From the NCBI GenBank assembly GCA_963699545.1, contig CAVOUE010000003.1, positions 384,001-448,000 of the forward strand: a stretch of 64,000 nucleotides of DNA, written 5' to 3'. Origin of the DNA: Nitrospirota bacterium. GTDB taxonomy: Bacteria; Nitrospirota; Thermodesulfovibrionia; Thermodesulfovibrionales; UBA9159. Positions 9,528-21,230 of the stretch are shown one piece after another. Position 1 is the first letter of the stretch. Every line of letters begins with the position of its first letter. The notes under the pieces were generated by a model. The model saw only the letters and a program-made list of their open reading frames with translations, searched no databases and was not told the DNA's origin. The translations under genes and the position numbers were made by a program.

Positions 9528-10880
9528 CTACGGAAATATTTTCCCCGGGTTCAGGATATTCTTCGGGTCAAAGAGTTTCTTTATTCCTTTCATCAGATTG
9601 AGTTCGCTCTGTTTTATCTCCATCCCGATATACGGAGCCTTGGTGATCCCCACTCCGTGTTCGCCGGACATGGTGCCGCCGAGACCAAGGGTTAATTTGA
9701 ATATCTCCCTCACCACTGCATCCGCTTTTTTGTATTCCTCCTCATTGGATCTGTCGACCATCAGGTTTACATGGATATTGCCGTCCCCGGCATGGCCGTA
9801 ATTCACCAGGTTGATCCCCTTATCCTCTGAGAGTTTTCTCAGCCCGATGAGCAACTGCGGGATCCTGTCCCGTGGCACTACAACATCTTCACTCATCTTT
9901 CCCGGGCAGATATGAAAAAGGGCGGGGGACACCCTTCGCCTGCATTCCCACAATCTGTTCTTTGCGGCCTCGTCCTCAGCCATCCTGACATCAGCTCCCA
10001 GTTTCATACAGATGTCTGCAATCTTCCCGGCTTCCTTCTTAATGGTCTCCGTATGGCCGTCCACTTCTATGAGAAGGAGAGCCTCCACGTCGTCCGGGAG
10101 ACCCAGGGGCTGGAACTTCTCTACGGCCCTTATAGCCGCCTTGTCCATGATTTCCAGAGTTCTCGGAATGATCCTGGAGGAAACTATGTGGGATACTGCC
10201 CTGCCGGAAGCCTCCAGGTCCGTAAAAAGACAGAGAAGGGTAAGGACGTCCTCGGGGAGAGGAAGGAGCTTCAACCGTATCTTCGTCGCTACCGCGAGAG
10301 TGCCTTCAGACCCTACGAGGAGCCTTGCAAGATCATACCCCACTACCCCTTTGTATGTCCTGACCCCGACATTGACAATATCTCCGCCGGGAAGGACAGC
10401 CTCGATCGCCATGACATAATCTCGTGTAACGCCGTATTTCAAAGCTCTCGGACCCCCTGCATTTTCCGCCACGTTCCCGCCGATGGTACAGAAATTCATG
10501 CTGGCAGGGTCAGGAGGATAAAAAAACCCGTTGCTTTCCACTTCCCTCTGAAGTCTGCCGTTAATGATGCCAGGCTCCACGAGCACCGTGAGGTTGCCCT
10601 TTTCCAGCTCCAGCAGCTTGTTCATTCTTTCCATGCTCAAAACAACAGCGCCTTTGAGCGGGACCGCACCGCCGGACATGCCCGTGCCGGCGCCTCGGGG
10701 GACCACCGGTATTCCGTATTCAGAAGCATACTTCATGATCTGAGCCACGTGTTCCGTGTTCTCCGGCCACACCACTGCGCAAGGGGCTCCTTCAATCCCG
10801 CATGCATCAAAGCCATAGCATACGAGGTCTTCAGGGTTCGAGGAGCTTTTTATGTGAGGGAGTGCGTCGAGGATGTTCAT
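9528..10880 (-). CDS. glcD: FAD-linked oxidase, GlcD / D-lactate dehydrogenase family
   Basis: PRGAGTGMSGG, YPPDPAS, GSEGTL, GHAGDGNIH, SGEHGVG, LNPGKIF. Confidence 0.85.
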   Translation of the reverse strand: MNILDALPHIKSSSNPEDLVCYGFDACGIEGAPCAVVWPENTEHVAQIMKYASEYGIPVVPRGAGTGMSGGAVPLKGAVVLSMERMNKLLELEKGNLTVLVEPGIINGRLQREVESNGFFYPPDPASMNFCTIGGNVAENAGGPRALKYGVTRDYVMAIEAVLPGGDIVNVGVRTYKGVVGYDLARLLVGSEGTLAVATKIRLKLLPLPEDVLTLLCLFTDLEASGRAVSHIVSSRIIPRTLEIMDKAAIRAVEKFQPLGLPDDVEALLLIEVDGHTETIKKEAGKIADICMKLGADVRMAEDEAAKNRLWECRRRVSPALFHICPGKMSEDVVVPRDRIPQLLIGLRKLSEDKGINLVNYGHAGDGNIHVNLMVDRSNEEEYKKADAVVREIFKLTLGLGGTMSGEHGVGITKAPYIGMEIKQSELNLMKGIKKLFDPKNILNPGKIFP

Positions 10881-10907
10881 CGTATGAACCCCATCAAATG
10901 AAGAATC

Positions 10908-13900
10908 TTAAGACTCCACAAGCTGCATCGAAATAACCTTCGAGACACCAGGCTCTTCCATGGTTATCCCGTAAAGATAGTCAGCTGCTTCCATCGTTGC
11001 CCTGCTGTGGGTCACCACGATGAACTGTATGTTCCCGGCGAGTTCCCGGAGCATCCTCGCAAATCGGTCGATGTTGGACTCATCAAGTGCAGCATCCACC
11101 TCATCGAGGATACAGAGGGGGGAAGGTTTAATGAGAAAACTCGCAAACAGAAGAGACAGGGCGGTAAGGGCCTTCTCGCCACCTGAGAGGAGGGATATGT
11201 TCTGCAGTTTCTTCCCGGGCGGCTGTACGATAATATCTATGCCGGAATCGAGGATGTTGTTTTCATCCGTGAGGACGAGGCCGGCTTTTCCTCCGCCGAA
11301 GAGAAGGACGAATACCTCTGAGAACTTGGCATTGAGCTGATCAAAAGCGTCCCTGAGTTTCTTCCGGGTCGTACTGTTTATCTTGGTGATCGCCTCTTCC
11401 AGTTCCGCAATGGACTTGTTGAGATCATCCTGCTGCTGCGTGAGGAACTCGTAACGCGTCTTCAGTTCTTCATACTCATCGAGGGAGCCGAGGTTCACCG
11501 GGCCCAGTTCCTGGATCTTTGTCCTTATCTCGAGAAGCCGCTCTTCGTCCTGCGGGGACACAGGCTCTGCCTCAAAGGTCGCGATTTCGACGCCGTAATT
11601 CTGACCGATGACCCCTGAGACGGTTTCGATCTTCAGGCGATGTTCAGCTATGGAAATGTCTGCTTCATTGATCGCGGAGGTCAGGGAATCCAGCCTGCTG
11701 CGGTGTGCTTTGGACTCCTGCTCCGCCTTGATCAGCTCCTCGGACTCGTTGCGTATGACCTCCCTGCTCTCCGTTATCACGGTTTTGAGGCCGTCCGCTC
11801 TCAGAACAAGTCCTCTGAGCCTGCTGTCGTTCTTTGCGATCTCTTCGCTGCACTGTAGTATCCTTACCCCTGTGCCGGATTGCTCCTGTGCCAGCGTTTC
11901 CCGGGTTCTTGCCAGGTCGGCAAGTGTTTCCACGGAAGATTCCATCTCTTTCCTGATGGATTCTATCCGCTCTCGGGAGGTGTTCAGCGCCAATCTCAGA
12001 TCTGTAATGGATGCCCGTTCCGCTTCATAGCGCTCTTTGTTCCTCGCTATTTCATCCTGTATGGCGGTTACAAAGAGCTCAACCTCACTCTTTTTTGCCA
12101 TCATCCGTTCCGCTTCTGATTCCTTTTCCGATACGATGGCTTTCAGCGATTCCGTTTCCCTCAGGGTCTCGCCCCTTTCGATACTGAGGAAGGAGAGTTT
12201 ACGATTCATCCTCTCTTTATCCTCATTCCGGTTTTCGGCGGTCAATCTGAGGAGGGATATCTCTTTTTCCGCATCGATTATCGCCGACTCGATATCTTTC
12301 AGGGAACCCTGCTTTTCCAGGAGAGAGGTCTCGCCCGTCTCTAATGTCTCCCCGAGGCGCCCCATCTCACTCTTCTTATCCTCAATAAGGACGTCCAGCT
12401 CCCGTATCTCCCTCTTCCTTTTCAGTATCCCTTTCCCCTCGCCTATGAAGACCGCTCCCGACGGTTCAACGACCTCGCCGTCCAGGGTCACAAAAGTGGA
12501 TCGGGCATGCCCGCGACCGTCCGGTTCCCGGAGAAGGGAAAAAGCCGTATGGAGATCCCTGACCACCGTGATATCGTTCAGGAAACTTTTCAGAACCACC
12601 GGGATGTCGTCACCCTCGGAGTGGATGCGCACAAGGTCGCTCGCTTTTCCCACTATCGCGCCGCTACTGATGTCCCCCGCACGTTCAGAGGGGTCATTCA
12701 TCGCAGCGGACGGCATAGTGAGGGGGACAAAGGCCGTTCTTCTCATCCCCTTTCCCTTAAGAGAGGGGACGGCAGCCGAGATATCGTCAAGGGACTGAAC
12801 AATAAAGCCGTTTATCTTATCAAACAACGCGTTCTCAATGGCCTTTTCGTATGCCTCGTCAACATCGATAACCTCTGCGACAGACGCTATGATCCGAAGA
12901 TCCTCCGCAAGGGATTCCCTGGGGAGGTCTTCATGCATTATCTCCCGAAGGGAGTCCAGCCGTGAGGATGCCGAAGCGAGCTCCTCACGGACCCGTACTA
13001 TCGCATTCCGTGAATCTTCTGCCTTTGTCCTGTATTCCTCTATATCAGCGCTGAGGACCCTTGCCTGTTCGTTCAGGAGGAGGAGTTCATTGTTCTCACT
13101 GATGAGCGTTCCATCGGTCTCCCGGATGCTCGTCTCTATCCGTGAGAGCTGTTCCCTCGCTGCCTCGGACTCCTTTAGTGTTGCAGCGTGTTTTCTTTCG
13201 AGGTTCTCAATGGAGGTCAGTACCCTGCCCATCTCGTTCCTGCGATGGCTTATGTCTTCCGCTATCCTGAAGATCTCTCTCCTCTTCGCCTCTGTGGTCT
13301 CTTCCTGCTCGGAAAGCGAGTTCTCCATGACCTTGACGGCCTCGTTCTTCTCCGCCAGTTCCTGCCTGAGGTTTTCGACTTCAGAACCCAGATCCCCTCC
13401 CGCAGTTTCCAGTTCCTTTTTCCGGCTTTCTGTCGCAGCGGTCCTCTGGATAACATCCGACTCCTGCAGGGCGAGCTTCGTAACGTACTCCGTAAGGTTG
13501 GCCCTTTCCGTGGTCGACACCGCGATGACCCGCTCGGTCTCCGCGATTTCTCTTTCTAGCCCCCGGAGGTCAAGGGTGAGCGCGTCAAGGGATTTTTCTT
13601 TATCAAGAAGCTCTATCCGCTTCGTCTCGATAGCGTTCTCGATCGTGCTCAGTTCCGCTCTGACCACGGATTCTGTTTCCCGGAGAGAGGAGGCATCGGC
13701 CAGGGATCTTGTCCAGGGAGTTCCTGAGGTCCGAGTAATCCCTCTTCGCTATCTTCAGCTCGATGGACGTCATCTCAGCGGTGAGCTTCTTATATCGTTC
13801 TGCCTTCTTGACCTGCCTGTCCAGGGAATTGATCTGCCGCTTCACCTCTGTAATAATGTCGTTCACCCTCTGCAGGTTCATTCGGGAAGATTCAAGCTTG

Positions 13901-14443
13901 GAGAGCGCTTCTGCCTTTCTGACCTTGTATTTCATGACGCCCGCCACCTCTTCGATCAGGAACCTTCTCTCCTGGGGCTTAGCGTTGAGTATCTCTCCTA
14001 TCCTTCCCTGCTCCAGGATGGAATAACTTTTTATTTCAAGACCCGTGTCAAGAAAGAGGTCTTTGATATCCTTGAGCCGACACTGGCTCCGGTTGATCAG
14101 ATATTCGCTTTCGCCCGAACGGTACAGTTCTCCTTGCCACCGACGTGAGGCTCTGGGAGTCTCCGTTGCCCTGCTCAGGGGAATCAAAGGAAAGGAGGAG
14201 ATTCACCTCGGACATTCCCCTCGGGTTTTTTGTGGAGGAACCGTTAAAAATGATCTCCTCCATCTTTTCTCCTCTCAGGCTTTTGGCGCTCTGCTCGCCC
14301 AGGACCCAGCGGAAGGAATCCACGATGTTGCTCTTCCCGGCGCCATTGGGTCCAACGATACACGTGATCCCGGGGTGAAGCTGGAACGTGGTCTTTTCAG
14401 CAAAGGATTTGAAGCCGATCAGCTCAATCTTTTCTATGCGCAT
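10908..14443 (-). CDS. smc: Chromosome segregation protein SMC (frameshifts near 14150 and 13700)
   Basis: GFKSFA, GPNGAGKSN, long coiled coils, hinge (TLDGEVV), LSGGEKAL, ILDEVDAALD across three overlapping ORFs. Confidence 0.95.
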
Positions 14444-14600
14444 AGCAATCCTGTCATTGAATTATTTCCGGAATTTTTTAGTATAACCTCTGCCGGAGGG
14501 TTATGACAAGCGTATATTTTTAAGTAACCGAACGCTCTCATGCCTCGCTTACCGGCATGGGTAACAGATAAATAAGCAAATATGATTTATAGATTAAATT

Positions 14601-14637
14601 TTTTAATTTGACCGTACACTTATGCATGTATTACCCT
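14601..14637 (+). promoter_or_regulatory. Putative dsrA promoter with TACA-N8-TGTA palindrome
   Basis: TTTTAATTTGACCGTACA-cttatgca-TGTATTA; near-identical architecture upstream of dsrC. Confidence 0.55.
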
Positions 14638-14708
14638 TTATCAATTTCATCCCCAGTCCTATTCTGTGCGTATAAGGGTCGGAAGGATCAAAATAAAAGG
14701 AGGATTTT

Positions 14709-15893
14709 ATGTCAAAGAAGTATCAGACTCCACTGTTGGACGAGCTTGAAAAAGGCCCGTTCCCCAGCTTCGTGACGGAGATCAAGAAAGCGGCCGTAAA
14801 GAGTGAAATGGCTGCTGACGAGCTCGGACAGCTCGAAAAGTCTTACAGGGACAGACGCGGTTACTGGAAACACGGCGGTATTGTCGGCGTGAGAGGGTAT
14901 GGATCAGGTATCATCGGGAGATATTCTTCGTTGCCCGAGGAGTTCCCGAACGTCGCCCACTTTCACACTGTGAGAATCAACTCGATATCCGGGTTCTTCT
15001 ACACCTCGAAATTTCTGAAAGAGATGTGCGATATCTGGGACAAGTACGGGAGCGGACTTACCAACATCCACGGTTCTACCGGCGATATGGTCCTTCTCGG
15101 TACGACAACTGAAAACCTGGAACCGATATTCGCCGAGTTCTCCTCCAGAGGCTGGGACCTTGGTGGTTCAGGCTCTGCATTGAGGACGCCGAGCTGCTGC
15201 GTCGGACCGGCACGGTGTGAGTGGTCGAACATAAACACCCTCGATATCAACTACGCGATAACGCAGGAATGGCAGGACGAGATGCACAGGCCGGCGTTCC
15301 CGTATAAATTCAAGTTCAAGACGGCGGGATGCGCGGTCGACTGCATCGCGTCCATAGCACGTGCAGATTGCTCGATCATCGGGACATGGAAGGGCAAAAT
15401 AGCCGTAGATCAGGGCGAAGTCGCCAACTACGCAAAGAAGGGCATGAACATTTCGGAAGAGATCGTGAACAAGTGCCCGAGCAAATGTATGAGCTACGAT
15501 GGCAAGGAGCTGAAGATCGCTGATGAAGACTGCGTGCGCTGCATGCACTGTATCGCAAAGATGACGAAGGCGTTGAAACCAACCGGCGAAAAAGGCGCAA
15601 CCATCCTTATCGGCAGCAAGGCGCCCTTTGTTATCGGAGCAACCCTTTCCTGGGTCATCGTGCCTTTCATAAAGATGGAGCCCCCCTATACCGAATTTAA
15701 AGATCTGATAAGGAAAATGTGGGAATTCTGGGATGAATACGGCAAGAACAGGGAGAGGATCGGCGAGCTGATCATCAGAAAGGGAATGAGAGAGTTCCTT
15801 GAGTTTATCGGAGTGGCTCCCGTTCCTCAGCAGGTGAAGGAGCCGAGGAGGGACCCGTTCTTCTTCTGGACCGAAGAAGATCTGAAGCACTAA
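14709..15893 (+). CDS. dsrA: Dissimilatory sulfite reductase alpha subunit
   Basis: [41 protein letters not shown], siroheme and ferredoxin Cys motifs. Confidence 0.98.
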   Translation: MSKKYQTPLLDELEKGPFPSFVTEIKKAAVKSEMAADELGQLEKSYRDRRGYWKHGGIVGVRGYGSGIIGRYSSLPEEFPNVAHFHTVRINSISGFFYTSKFLKEMCDIWDKYGSGLTNIHGSTGDMVLLGTTTENLEPIFAEFSSRGWDLGGSGSALRTPSCCVGPARCEWSNINTLDINYAITQEWQDEMHRPAFPYKFKFKTAGCAVDCIASIARADCSIIGTWKGKIAVDQGEVANYAKKGMNISEEIVNKCPSKCMSYDGKELKIADEDCVRCMHCIAKMTKALKPTGEKGATILIGSKAPFVIGATLSWVIVPFIKMEPPYTEFKDLIRKMWEFWDEYGKNRERIGELIIRKGMREFLEFIGVAPVPQQVKEPRRDPFFFWTEEDLKH

Positions 15894-15927
15894 ACGTATA
15901 AAGTTTAATAATACAAGGAGGAAGATT

Positions 15928-16998
15928 ATGTCAGCACCACAGAGAAAAACAGATATAGGGCCCCCTCACTATAAGGATTTCCTGCCGCCCGTTATTCAGA
16001 AGAATTATGGTGACTGGAAATACCACGAGGTCATAAATCCCGGTGTCATGGTCCATGTTGCCAACGGCGGGGACAAGATCTGGTCGGTGAGGGTCGCTTC
16101 ACCAAGACTCCTCAGCACTGTCACCATCAGGGATCTCGCCGATATGGCGGAAAAGTACTGCGGCGGGCACATCAGATTTACGACGAGGAATAATGTGGAG
16201 CTTCTCGTTTCGGACGAGAAGAACCTCGAGCCGCTCCAGAAGGAGCTGAAGAGCAAGAAATATATGGTCGGCGGGATCGGGCCACGGATAAGCAATATCG
16301 TCCATACGCAGGGATGGATACATTGCCATTCGGCATGCACCGACGCGTCGGGTATTGTGAAAGTGCTCATGGACGAATTTGCCGATTATTTCACAACGAA
16401 AGAGACCCCGAACAAGGTGAGGCTTGCTGTCGCCTGCTGCGTGAATATGTGCGGCGCGGTGCACTGCTCGGACATCGCTGTGGTAGCGATCCACAGGAAA
16501 CCGCCGACGATCGACCACACAAGGGTTCCCAATGTCTGTGAGGTGCCGTCGACGATCGCGTCATGCCCCACCGGCGCAATCAGCCCGGATCCGGCGAAAA
16601 AGAGCGTCAAGATAAACGCGGACAAGTGCATGTACTGCGGGAACTGCTTCACCGTATGTCCGCCCATCGAGATTCACGACCCTGCATATGACGGCGTTGC
16701 GATCGTGGTCGGCGGCAAGGTGGGGAACCTCAGGTCCAATCCGAAATTCTCGAAGCTCGCTGTTCCCTTTATCAAGAACAATCCTCCGCGCTGGCCGGAA
16801 GTTACCGCGGCGGTAAGGAAGATTTTTGACGCCTACATGGCAGGGGCCCACAAGCATGAGAGGGTCGGAGAATGGGTTGAGAGAATCGGCTGGGAAAAGT
16901 TCTTTAAGATCACTGCCTTGCCCTTCACCTTCCAGCACATCGATGACTTTACGATCGCGCGAGAGACCTTCCGGACAACAGCAACGTTTAAGTGGTAA
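15928..16998 (+). CDS. dsrB: Dissimilatory sulfite reductase beta subunit
   Basis: [44 protein letters not shown]. Confidence 0.98.
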   Translation: MSAPQRKTDIGPPHYKDFLPPVIQKNYGDWKYHEVINPGVMVHVANGGDKIWSVRVASPRLLSTVTIRDLADMAEKYCGGHIRFTTRNNVELLVSDEKNLEPLQKELKSKKYMVGGIGPRISNIVHTQGWIHCHSACTDASGIVKVLMDEFADYFTTKETPNKVRLAVACCVNMCGAVHCSDIAVVAIHRKPPTIDHTRVPNVCEVPSTIASCPTGAISPDPAKKSVKINADKCMYCGNCFTVCPPIEIHDPAYDGVAIVVGGKVGNLRSNPKFSKLAVPFIKNNPPRWPEVTAAVRKIFDAYMAGAHKHERVGEWVERIGWEKFFKITALPFTFQHIDDFTIARETFRTTATFKW

Positions 16999-17070
16999 CA
17001 TAGCAGAGTAAGGAAGGGGGGGGACATTTCCCCCCCTCTATTATTAACTACGTTTAAACGGGGTGGCAGG

Positions 17071-17286
17071 ATGGAAAAAGAGGAAGTAAAACAGAAAATA
17101 TATGCGCTGATTGAAAAATCGGTAGGGAAGAAGAAACTGAAATCTTCTGATATTCAGAAGACCATATCTGCAGAAGCCGGCATTTCGAGGGATGAAGTAA
17201 AGGACGCATTAAAGGATCTCGTTGATGAGGGGAAACTCATCTACACGTATTTCGGCGGCAGTTTCGTAGAGATTCCTCCACAATAG
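17071..17286 (+). CDS. dsrD: DsrD, DsrAB activator
   Basis: 71-aa wHTH directly after dsrB, with LKDLVDEGKLIYTYFGGS. Confidence 0.85.
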   Translation: MEKEEVKQKIYALIEKSVGKKKLKSSDIQKTISAEAGISRDEVKDALKDLVDEGKLIYTYFGGSFVEIPPQ

Positions 17287-17302
17287 CAAGCAGGCGATTT
17301 AT

Positions 17303-17344
17303 CAAAAAAAGGCAGTCCATTCATTGAGTGAACTGCCTTTTTTG
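17303..17344 (+). terminator. Intrinsic terminator after dsrD
   Basis: AAAAAAAGGCAGT...ACTGCCTTTTTT hairpin. Confidence 0.8.
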
Positions 17345-17514
17345 TATTCCTTCGACCCGCAGCCCTTGGGCATTCCATGAACGGCTATCACCTGTCTTTT
17401 GGAGTGCGTAGCTCCCACGACAGCCAGCGGTCCTGGAGTTGGACAGGGCGAGGGGAGCGGGTTCTCCCTATCATGACCGTACCCGGTTTTTGGCACGATT
17501 GGTTATAATAAAAA

Positions 17515-18954
17515 ATGTCCCATAATTATCCGAGGTTGGTCATTGCCGGGCTGAAAGGCGGCTCGGGTAAGACGACACTGTCCCTTGGGTTGGTCAGGGC
17601 TTTGAAAAGAAAGGGCCTGAAGGTTGTGCCCTTCAAGAAGGGCCCTGATTATATTGATGCAGGCTGGCTTGCCGCCGCGGCAGAACATCCCTGCTACAAT
17701 CTCGACCCTTTCCTTGTCGGGAGTGACCGCCTGTTGTCCTCCTTTATGGCCCACGCAGAGAATTCGGATATCACCATCATTGAGGGGAACAGAGGACTGT
17801 ATGACGGCATGGATGCAGAAGGAACGTACAGTACCGCTGAAGTCGCAAAGCTCCTTCGCTCGCCAGTCATTCTCGTTGTCGATTGCACGAAAGTCACCCG
17901 CACGGTTGCGGCGCTGATTCTCGGAGCACAGAGATTTGACCCCCAGGTTGTCATACGCGGTGTTGTTCTGAACCAGATCGCGGGGAGCAGGCATGAATCG
18001 GTGATACGGACCTCCATAGAGAACTACTGCGGGCTTCCCGTGCTTGGAGCAATTCCGAGAAGCGATGTGGGCGAGTTCCCTGAACGGCATATGGGGTTGT
18101 TGCCCCATCAGGAGCATCCCGATACCGCGAAGGCTATTTCCTTTGTTGAGGAGATCGCCAGGAGGTATCTTGATCTCGACGGTATCCTGAAGATCGCAAG
18201 GAGCGTTGAGCCTGTAAGCTCAGGACAATGGACAAAGGGCAGGGGGCAGGGGGAAGACCGGCAAACCCCTCCGGACCACAGCCTATCGACCCGGATAAGG
18301 ATCGGCGCGATAAGGGATTCTGCTTTCCAGTTCTATTACCCGGAAAACTTCGAAGAGCTGAAGAAATGCGGGGCCGATATTGTCGAAATAAGCGCACTTT
18401 CAGAGAGGGAGCTACCCGATATCGATGCCCTCTATATAGGGGGTGGGTTCCCGGAAACCCATGCCATTTCACTTGCAGACAATATCCGGTTCCGTGACTC
18501 TCTCCGGAAGGCAGTCGGGGAAGGTCTCCCGGTATATGCCGAATGCGGCGGCCTTATGTACCTTGGTGAAGGACTTTTGCTCAACGAAAGGACATACCCC
18601 ATGGCGGGTATCTTTCCCTTGGTTTTTTCCCTTGAGAAAAAAACGCAGGCCCACGGATATTCTATTGCGGAAGTGGTGAAGAAAAACCCTTTTTATCCTG
18701 AAGGAACGATTTTAAAGGGTCATGAGTTCCATTATTCGAAACCTCACAATGTCGTCGAGGAAACGAACGGGTTTTCCTATGCCTTCAGGATGAAACGGGG
18801 GCAGGGGATACAGGGAAAGAGGGATGGTATCTGCTATAAGAATGTCCTTGCCACATATACACACCTCCACGCCTTTGGCGCACCGGAGTGGGCCGAAGGT
18901 CTGGTAAGGCAGGCAGCAGAATTTAAGGGAAAGAAGGCATTAGGAAAGGCCTGA
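17515..18954 (+). CDS. dsrN: Siroheme amidase DsrN (cobyrinate a,c-diamide synthase family)
   Basis: GGSGKT, FKKGPDYID, GGGFPE, YAECGGLMY, GHEFHYS; lies in dsr locus. Confidence 0.92.
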   Translation: MSHNYPRLVIAGLKGGSGKTTLSLGLVRALKRKGLKVVPFKKGPDYIDAGWLAAAAEHPCYNLDPFLVGSDRLLSSFMAHAENSDITIIEGNRGLYDGMDAEGTYSTAEVAKLLRSPVILVVDCTKVTRTVAALILGAQRFDPQVVIRGVVLNQIAGSRHESVIRTSIENYCGLPVLGAIPRSDVGEFPERHMGLLPHQEHPDTAKAISFVEEIARRYLDLDGILKIARSVEPVSSGQWTKGRGQGEDRQTPPDHSLSTRIRIGAIRDSAFQFYYPENFEELKKCGADIVEISALSERELPDIDALYIGGGFPETHAISLADNIRFRDSLRKAVGEGLPVYAECGGLMYLGEGLLLNERTYPMAGIFPLVFSLEKKTQAHGYSIAEVVKKNPFYPEGTILKGHEFHYSKPHNVVEETNGFSYAFRMKRGQGIQGKRDGICYKNVLATYTHLHAFGAPEWAEGLVRQAAEFKGKKALGKA

Positions 18955-19010
18955 ATCATGACGTGATCTTGTTCTCCACGCCTGGTTCCCTGGTGTGGGC
19001 GAGGAGGAAT

Positions 19011-19663
19011 TTGTCGGCTTCTCTGAAAGAAGAGATCAAGAAGGCTCTGCTCGAAAGGGATTTTGAGAAGGTAGCGCAACGTGCCCTTGCTGACAAGAAG
19101 GTGTTCCGCATGCTGATTTCTTTGGCCTATGACAAGGAGGAGCTGCTCTGCTGGAGGACGATCGAGGCTGTGGGAAGGGCTGCGGGAGCCGTTGCGGGGA
19201 AAGATCCTGCAATGGTGAGGGATATCGTTCAGCGACTCATATGGTCGGTGAGAGAGGAGTCCGGGGGATCGGTTGGAGCGCGCTTGAGATGCTGGGGGAG
19301 ATAGCCATAAATAGCCCGCACACCTGTGGGGACATTCCCCCGATCATTCTTTCATTCCATGAGGAAGAAAGCTTACTGAAAGGAGTACTGTGGGCTATGG
19401 GAAGGATCGTCCATTCAGGCCTCAACGGGACCGAGGGGACGTATGAGGTCGCAAGAAAAGCGCTTGACCACAAAGACCCTGCAGCGAGGGGCCTTGCACT
19501 CCGCGCGATTCCAGCAGCCAGGATCGCGGAGACTGCGGCCACGATCAGGGGCATGATGTATGACGAAGGGCGATTTGCTCTGTACGAGGACCATGAACTG
19601 GTCGAGACACGTGTGGGTGATATCGCAAAAAAGGTATTGGACGATCGAAGGAAAGAGGGGTAG
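19011..19663 (+). CDS. HEAT/PBS-lyase repeat protein (DVU0298-like); frameshift near 19265
   Basis: RLIWSVREES + GIGWSALEMLGEI join across two ORFs; GAGGAGG precedes TTG. Confidence 0.7.
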
Positions 19664-19664
19664 A

Positions 19665-20027
19665 TTGAGGCATAAAATAAGGGAAGACAAGGATGAAACG
19701 GCGAAATGCCCTTTTTGCGCCGCTATGATCGTGGCTCCCGAGGAGATAAAGACAGAGTCAGGGGGATTTATCGGCGGCAGGTGTGAGTGCGGGGCTGTCT
19801 ACGTGTGCGACCCCACGGGGCATAATGTGGGAGAGGCGTATCTTGATGCACTTACGTACGCCTGCGGTGAAGATGTTATGACGTTTGACTCTCTGAACAG
19901 CGGGGAAAACTACCGCGAGGCTGTGTTCAACTATGACATGAGAGCTCATAAATTGCGCGAGATCAGGGACATCCGAAGGGATTATTCCTGCAAGATCATC
20001 TTCATAAGAGTGGGGCCAAAATTATAA
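19665..20027 (+). CDS. Conserved hypothetical zinc-ribbon-like protein
   Basis: CPFC...GRCECGAVYVCDPTGHNVGEA; abuts upstream gene. Confidence 0.7.
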   Translation: MRHKIREDKDETAKCPFCAAMIVAPEEIKTESGGFIGGRCECGAVYVCDPTGHNVGEAYLDALTYACGEDVMTFDSLNSGENYREAVFNYDMRAHKLREIRDIRRDYSCKIIFIRVGPKL

Positions 20028-20060
20028 AATAATAAACGACACAAATTAGCCGATAAGTTA

Positions 20061-20097
20061 TTTTTATTTGACCATACAGGTGCTATTGTATTATTGT
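20061..20097 (+). promoter_or_regulatory. Putative dsrC promoter with TACA-N8-TGTA palindrome
   Basis: TTTTTATTTGACCATACA-ggtgctat-TGTATTA. Confidence 0.55.
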
Positions 20098-20211
20098 GTA
20101 TAACTTGCTCGGAGTTCGATTTGTCAGGCAGGTGATATAGAGCGGAGCACTCGGGCACCCGTCGAGTGAGAAAGATCTAAATACAAAGTTCAGCGAAAGG
20201 AGGAGTTTGAT

Positions 20212-20547
20212 ATGCCAACAATGGATTTTCAGGGAAAGCAGTACGAGATTGACGAGGACGGATATCTTGTCAACCTTGATGACTGGAACAAGGAGCTCGC
20301 AGACCACATCGCAAAGTTAGAGGAAATTCAGATGACCGATGCTCATTGGGAGGTAGTAAACTTCCTGAGAGATTATTACCAGAAGTATCAGATTGCACCG
20401 ATGATAAAGATCCTGGTAAAGGAGATTGGCAAGGTCATGGGGCCTGAGAAAGGGAACACAAAATACCTTTATGAGCTCTATCCGGGAGGACCTGCAAAGC
20501 AGGCATGTAAGATCGCCGGGCTCCCGAAGCCGACAGGTTGCGTATAG
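20212..20547 (+). CDS. dsrC: Sulfur carrier DsrC (both C-terminal cysteines present)
   Basis: DEDGYL...HWEVVNFLRDYY...ACKIAGLPKPTGCV (C-X10-C). Confidence 0.97.
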   Translation: MPTMDFQGKQYEIDEDGYLVNLDDWNKELADHIAKLEEIQMTDAHWEVVNFLRDYYQKYQIAPMIKILVKEIGKVMGPEKGNTKYLYELYPGGPAKQACKIAGLPKPTGCV

Positions 20548-20656
20548 GCAGCGAACACATAGGAAGTAGGAACTCCTGGCATCTGCCCTTCTCTCCTTCT
20601 GTTAAGCCGTGCCTCTTTTCCTACTTCTTTCCTTTCACTCTAAGGGGGAAGACGGG

Positions 20657-21178
20657 GTGAGCAGAGACGTACGGGATCTCCTATCGGAGAAGAAATCCGT
20701 CCTACTGGAACGATGGTTTGATATAGTCCTGGAGACGTATCCATCCGATTCATCTGGTTTCCTCAAGAATAAGAAAAAGCAGTTCGCAAACCCGGTCGGA
20801 CACACGATTTCCAAGGGTCTTGAAGATCTTCTGGATGAGCTTCTCCAGGAGCGGGCAATGGATGTTGAAAAGGTATCTTCCGCCCTCGAAAACATCATAA
20901 AGATCAGGGCAGTTCAGGACGTGCCTCCCTCGCGTGCACTTGCATTCGTGTTTCGCCTCAAGACCCTGTTGAGAGAGGAAATGGGGAGTGGGGGGCGTTC
21001 ACCTTCGGAAGAGATCGGGGCCCTTGAATCCAGGATAGAATCGATGGCCCTCATCTCCTTCGATCTCTTTATGAAATGCAGGGAGAAGATTTACGACCTG
21101 AAAGCGAACGAACTGAGAAACATGACGTTCAGGCTGTTGCAAAAGGCGAAGCTGGTATGTGAGATTCCCGGTGAGTAG
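20657..21178 (+). CDS. dsrT: DsrT (RsbRD N-terminal domain protein)
   Basis: QFANPVG, IIKIRAVQD, AFVFRLK, FMKCREKIY; sits before dsrM. Confidence 0.9.
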   Translation: MSRDVRDLLSEKKSVLLERWFDIVLETYPSDSSGFLKNKKKQFANPVGHTISKGLEDLLDELLQERAMDVEKVSSALENIIKIRAVQDVPPSRALAFVFRLKTLLREEMGSGGRSPSEEIGALESRIESMALISFDLFMKCREKIYDLKANELRNMTFRLLQKAKLVCEIPGE

Positions 21179-21230
21179 CCGGATCGATAGATGGAAGTGA
21201 TCTAACTTAGAACGTAAAAGAGGTAAGACA

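Noticed and set aside
12838-14148. Long + strand ORFs (up to 436 aa) opposite smc, and similar antisense ORFs over glcD, dsrK/O/P and glmU
   Set aside because: These are antisense shadows of well-supported genes.
17490-17508. TGGCACG upstream of dsrN as a sigma54 promoter
   Set aside because: No TTGC at the -12 position.
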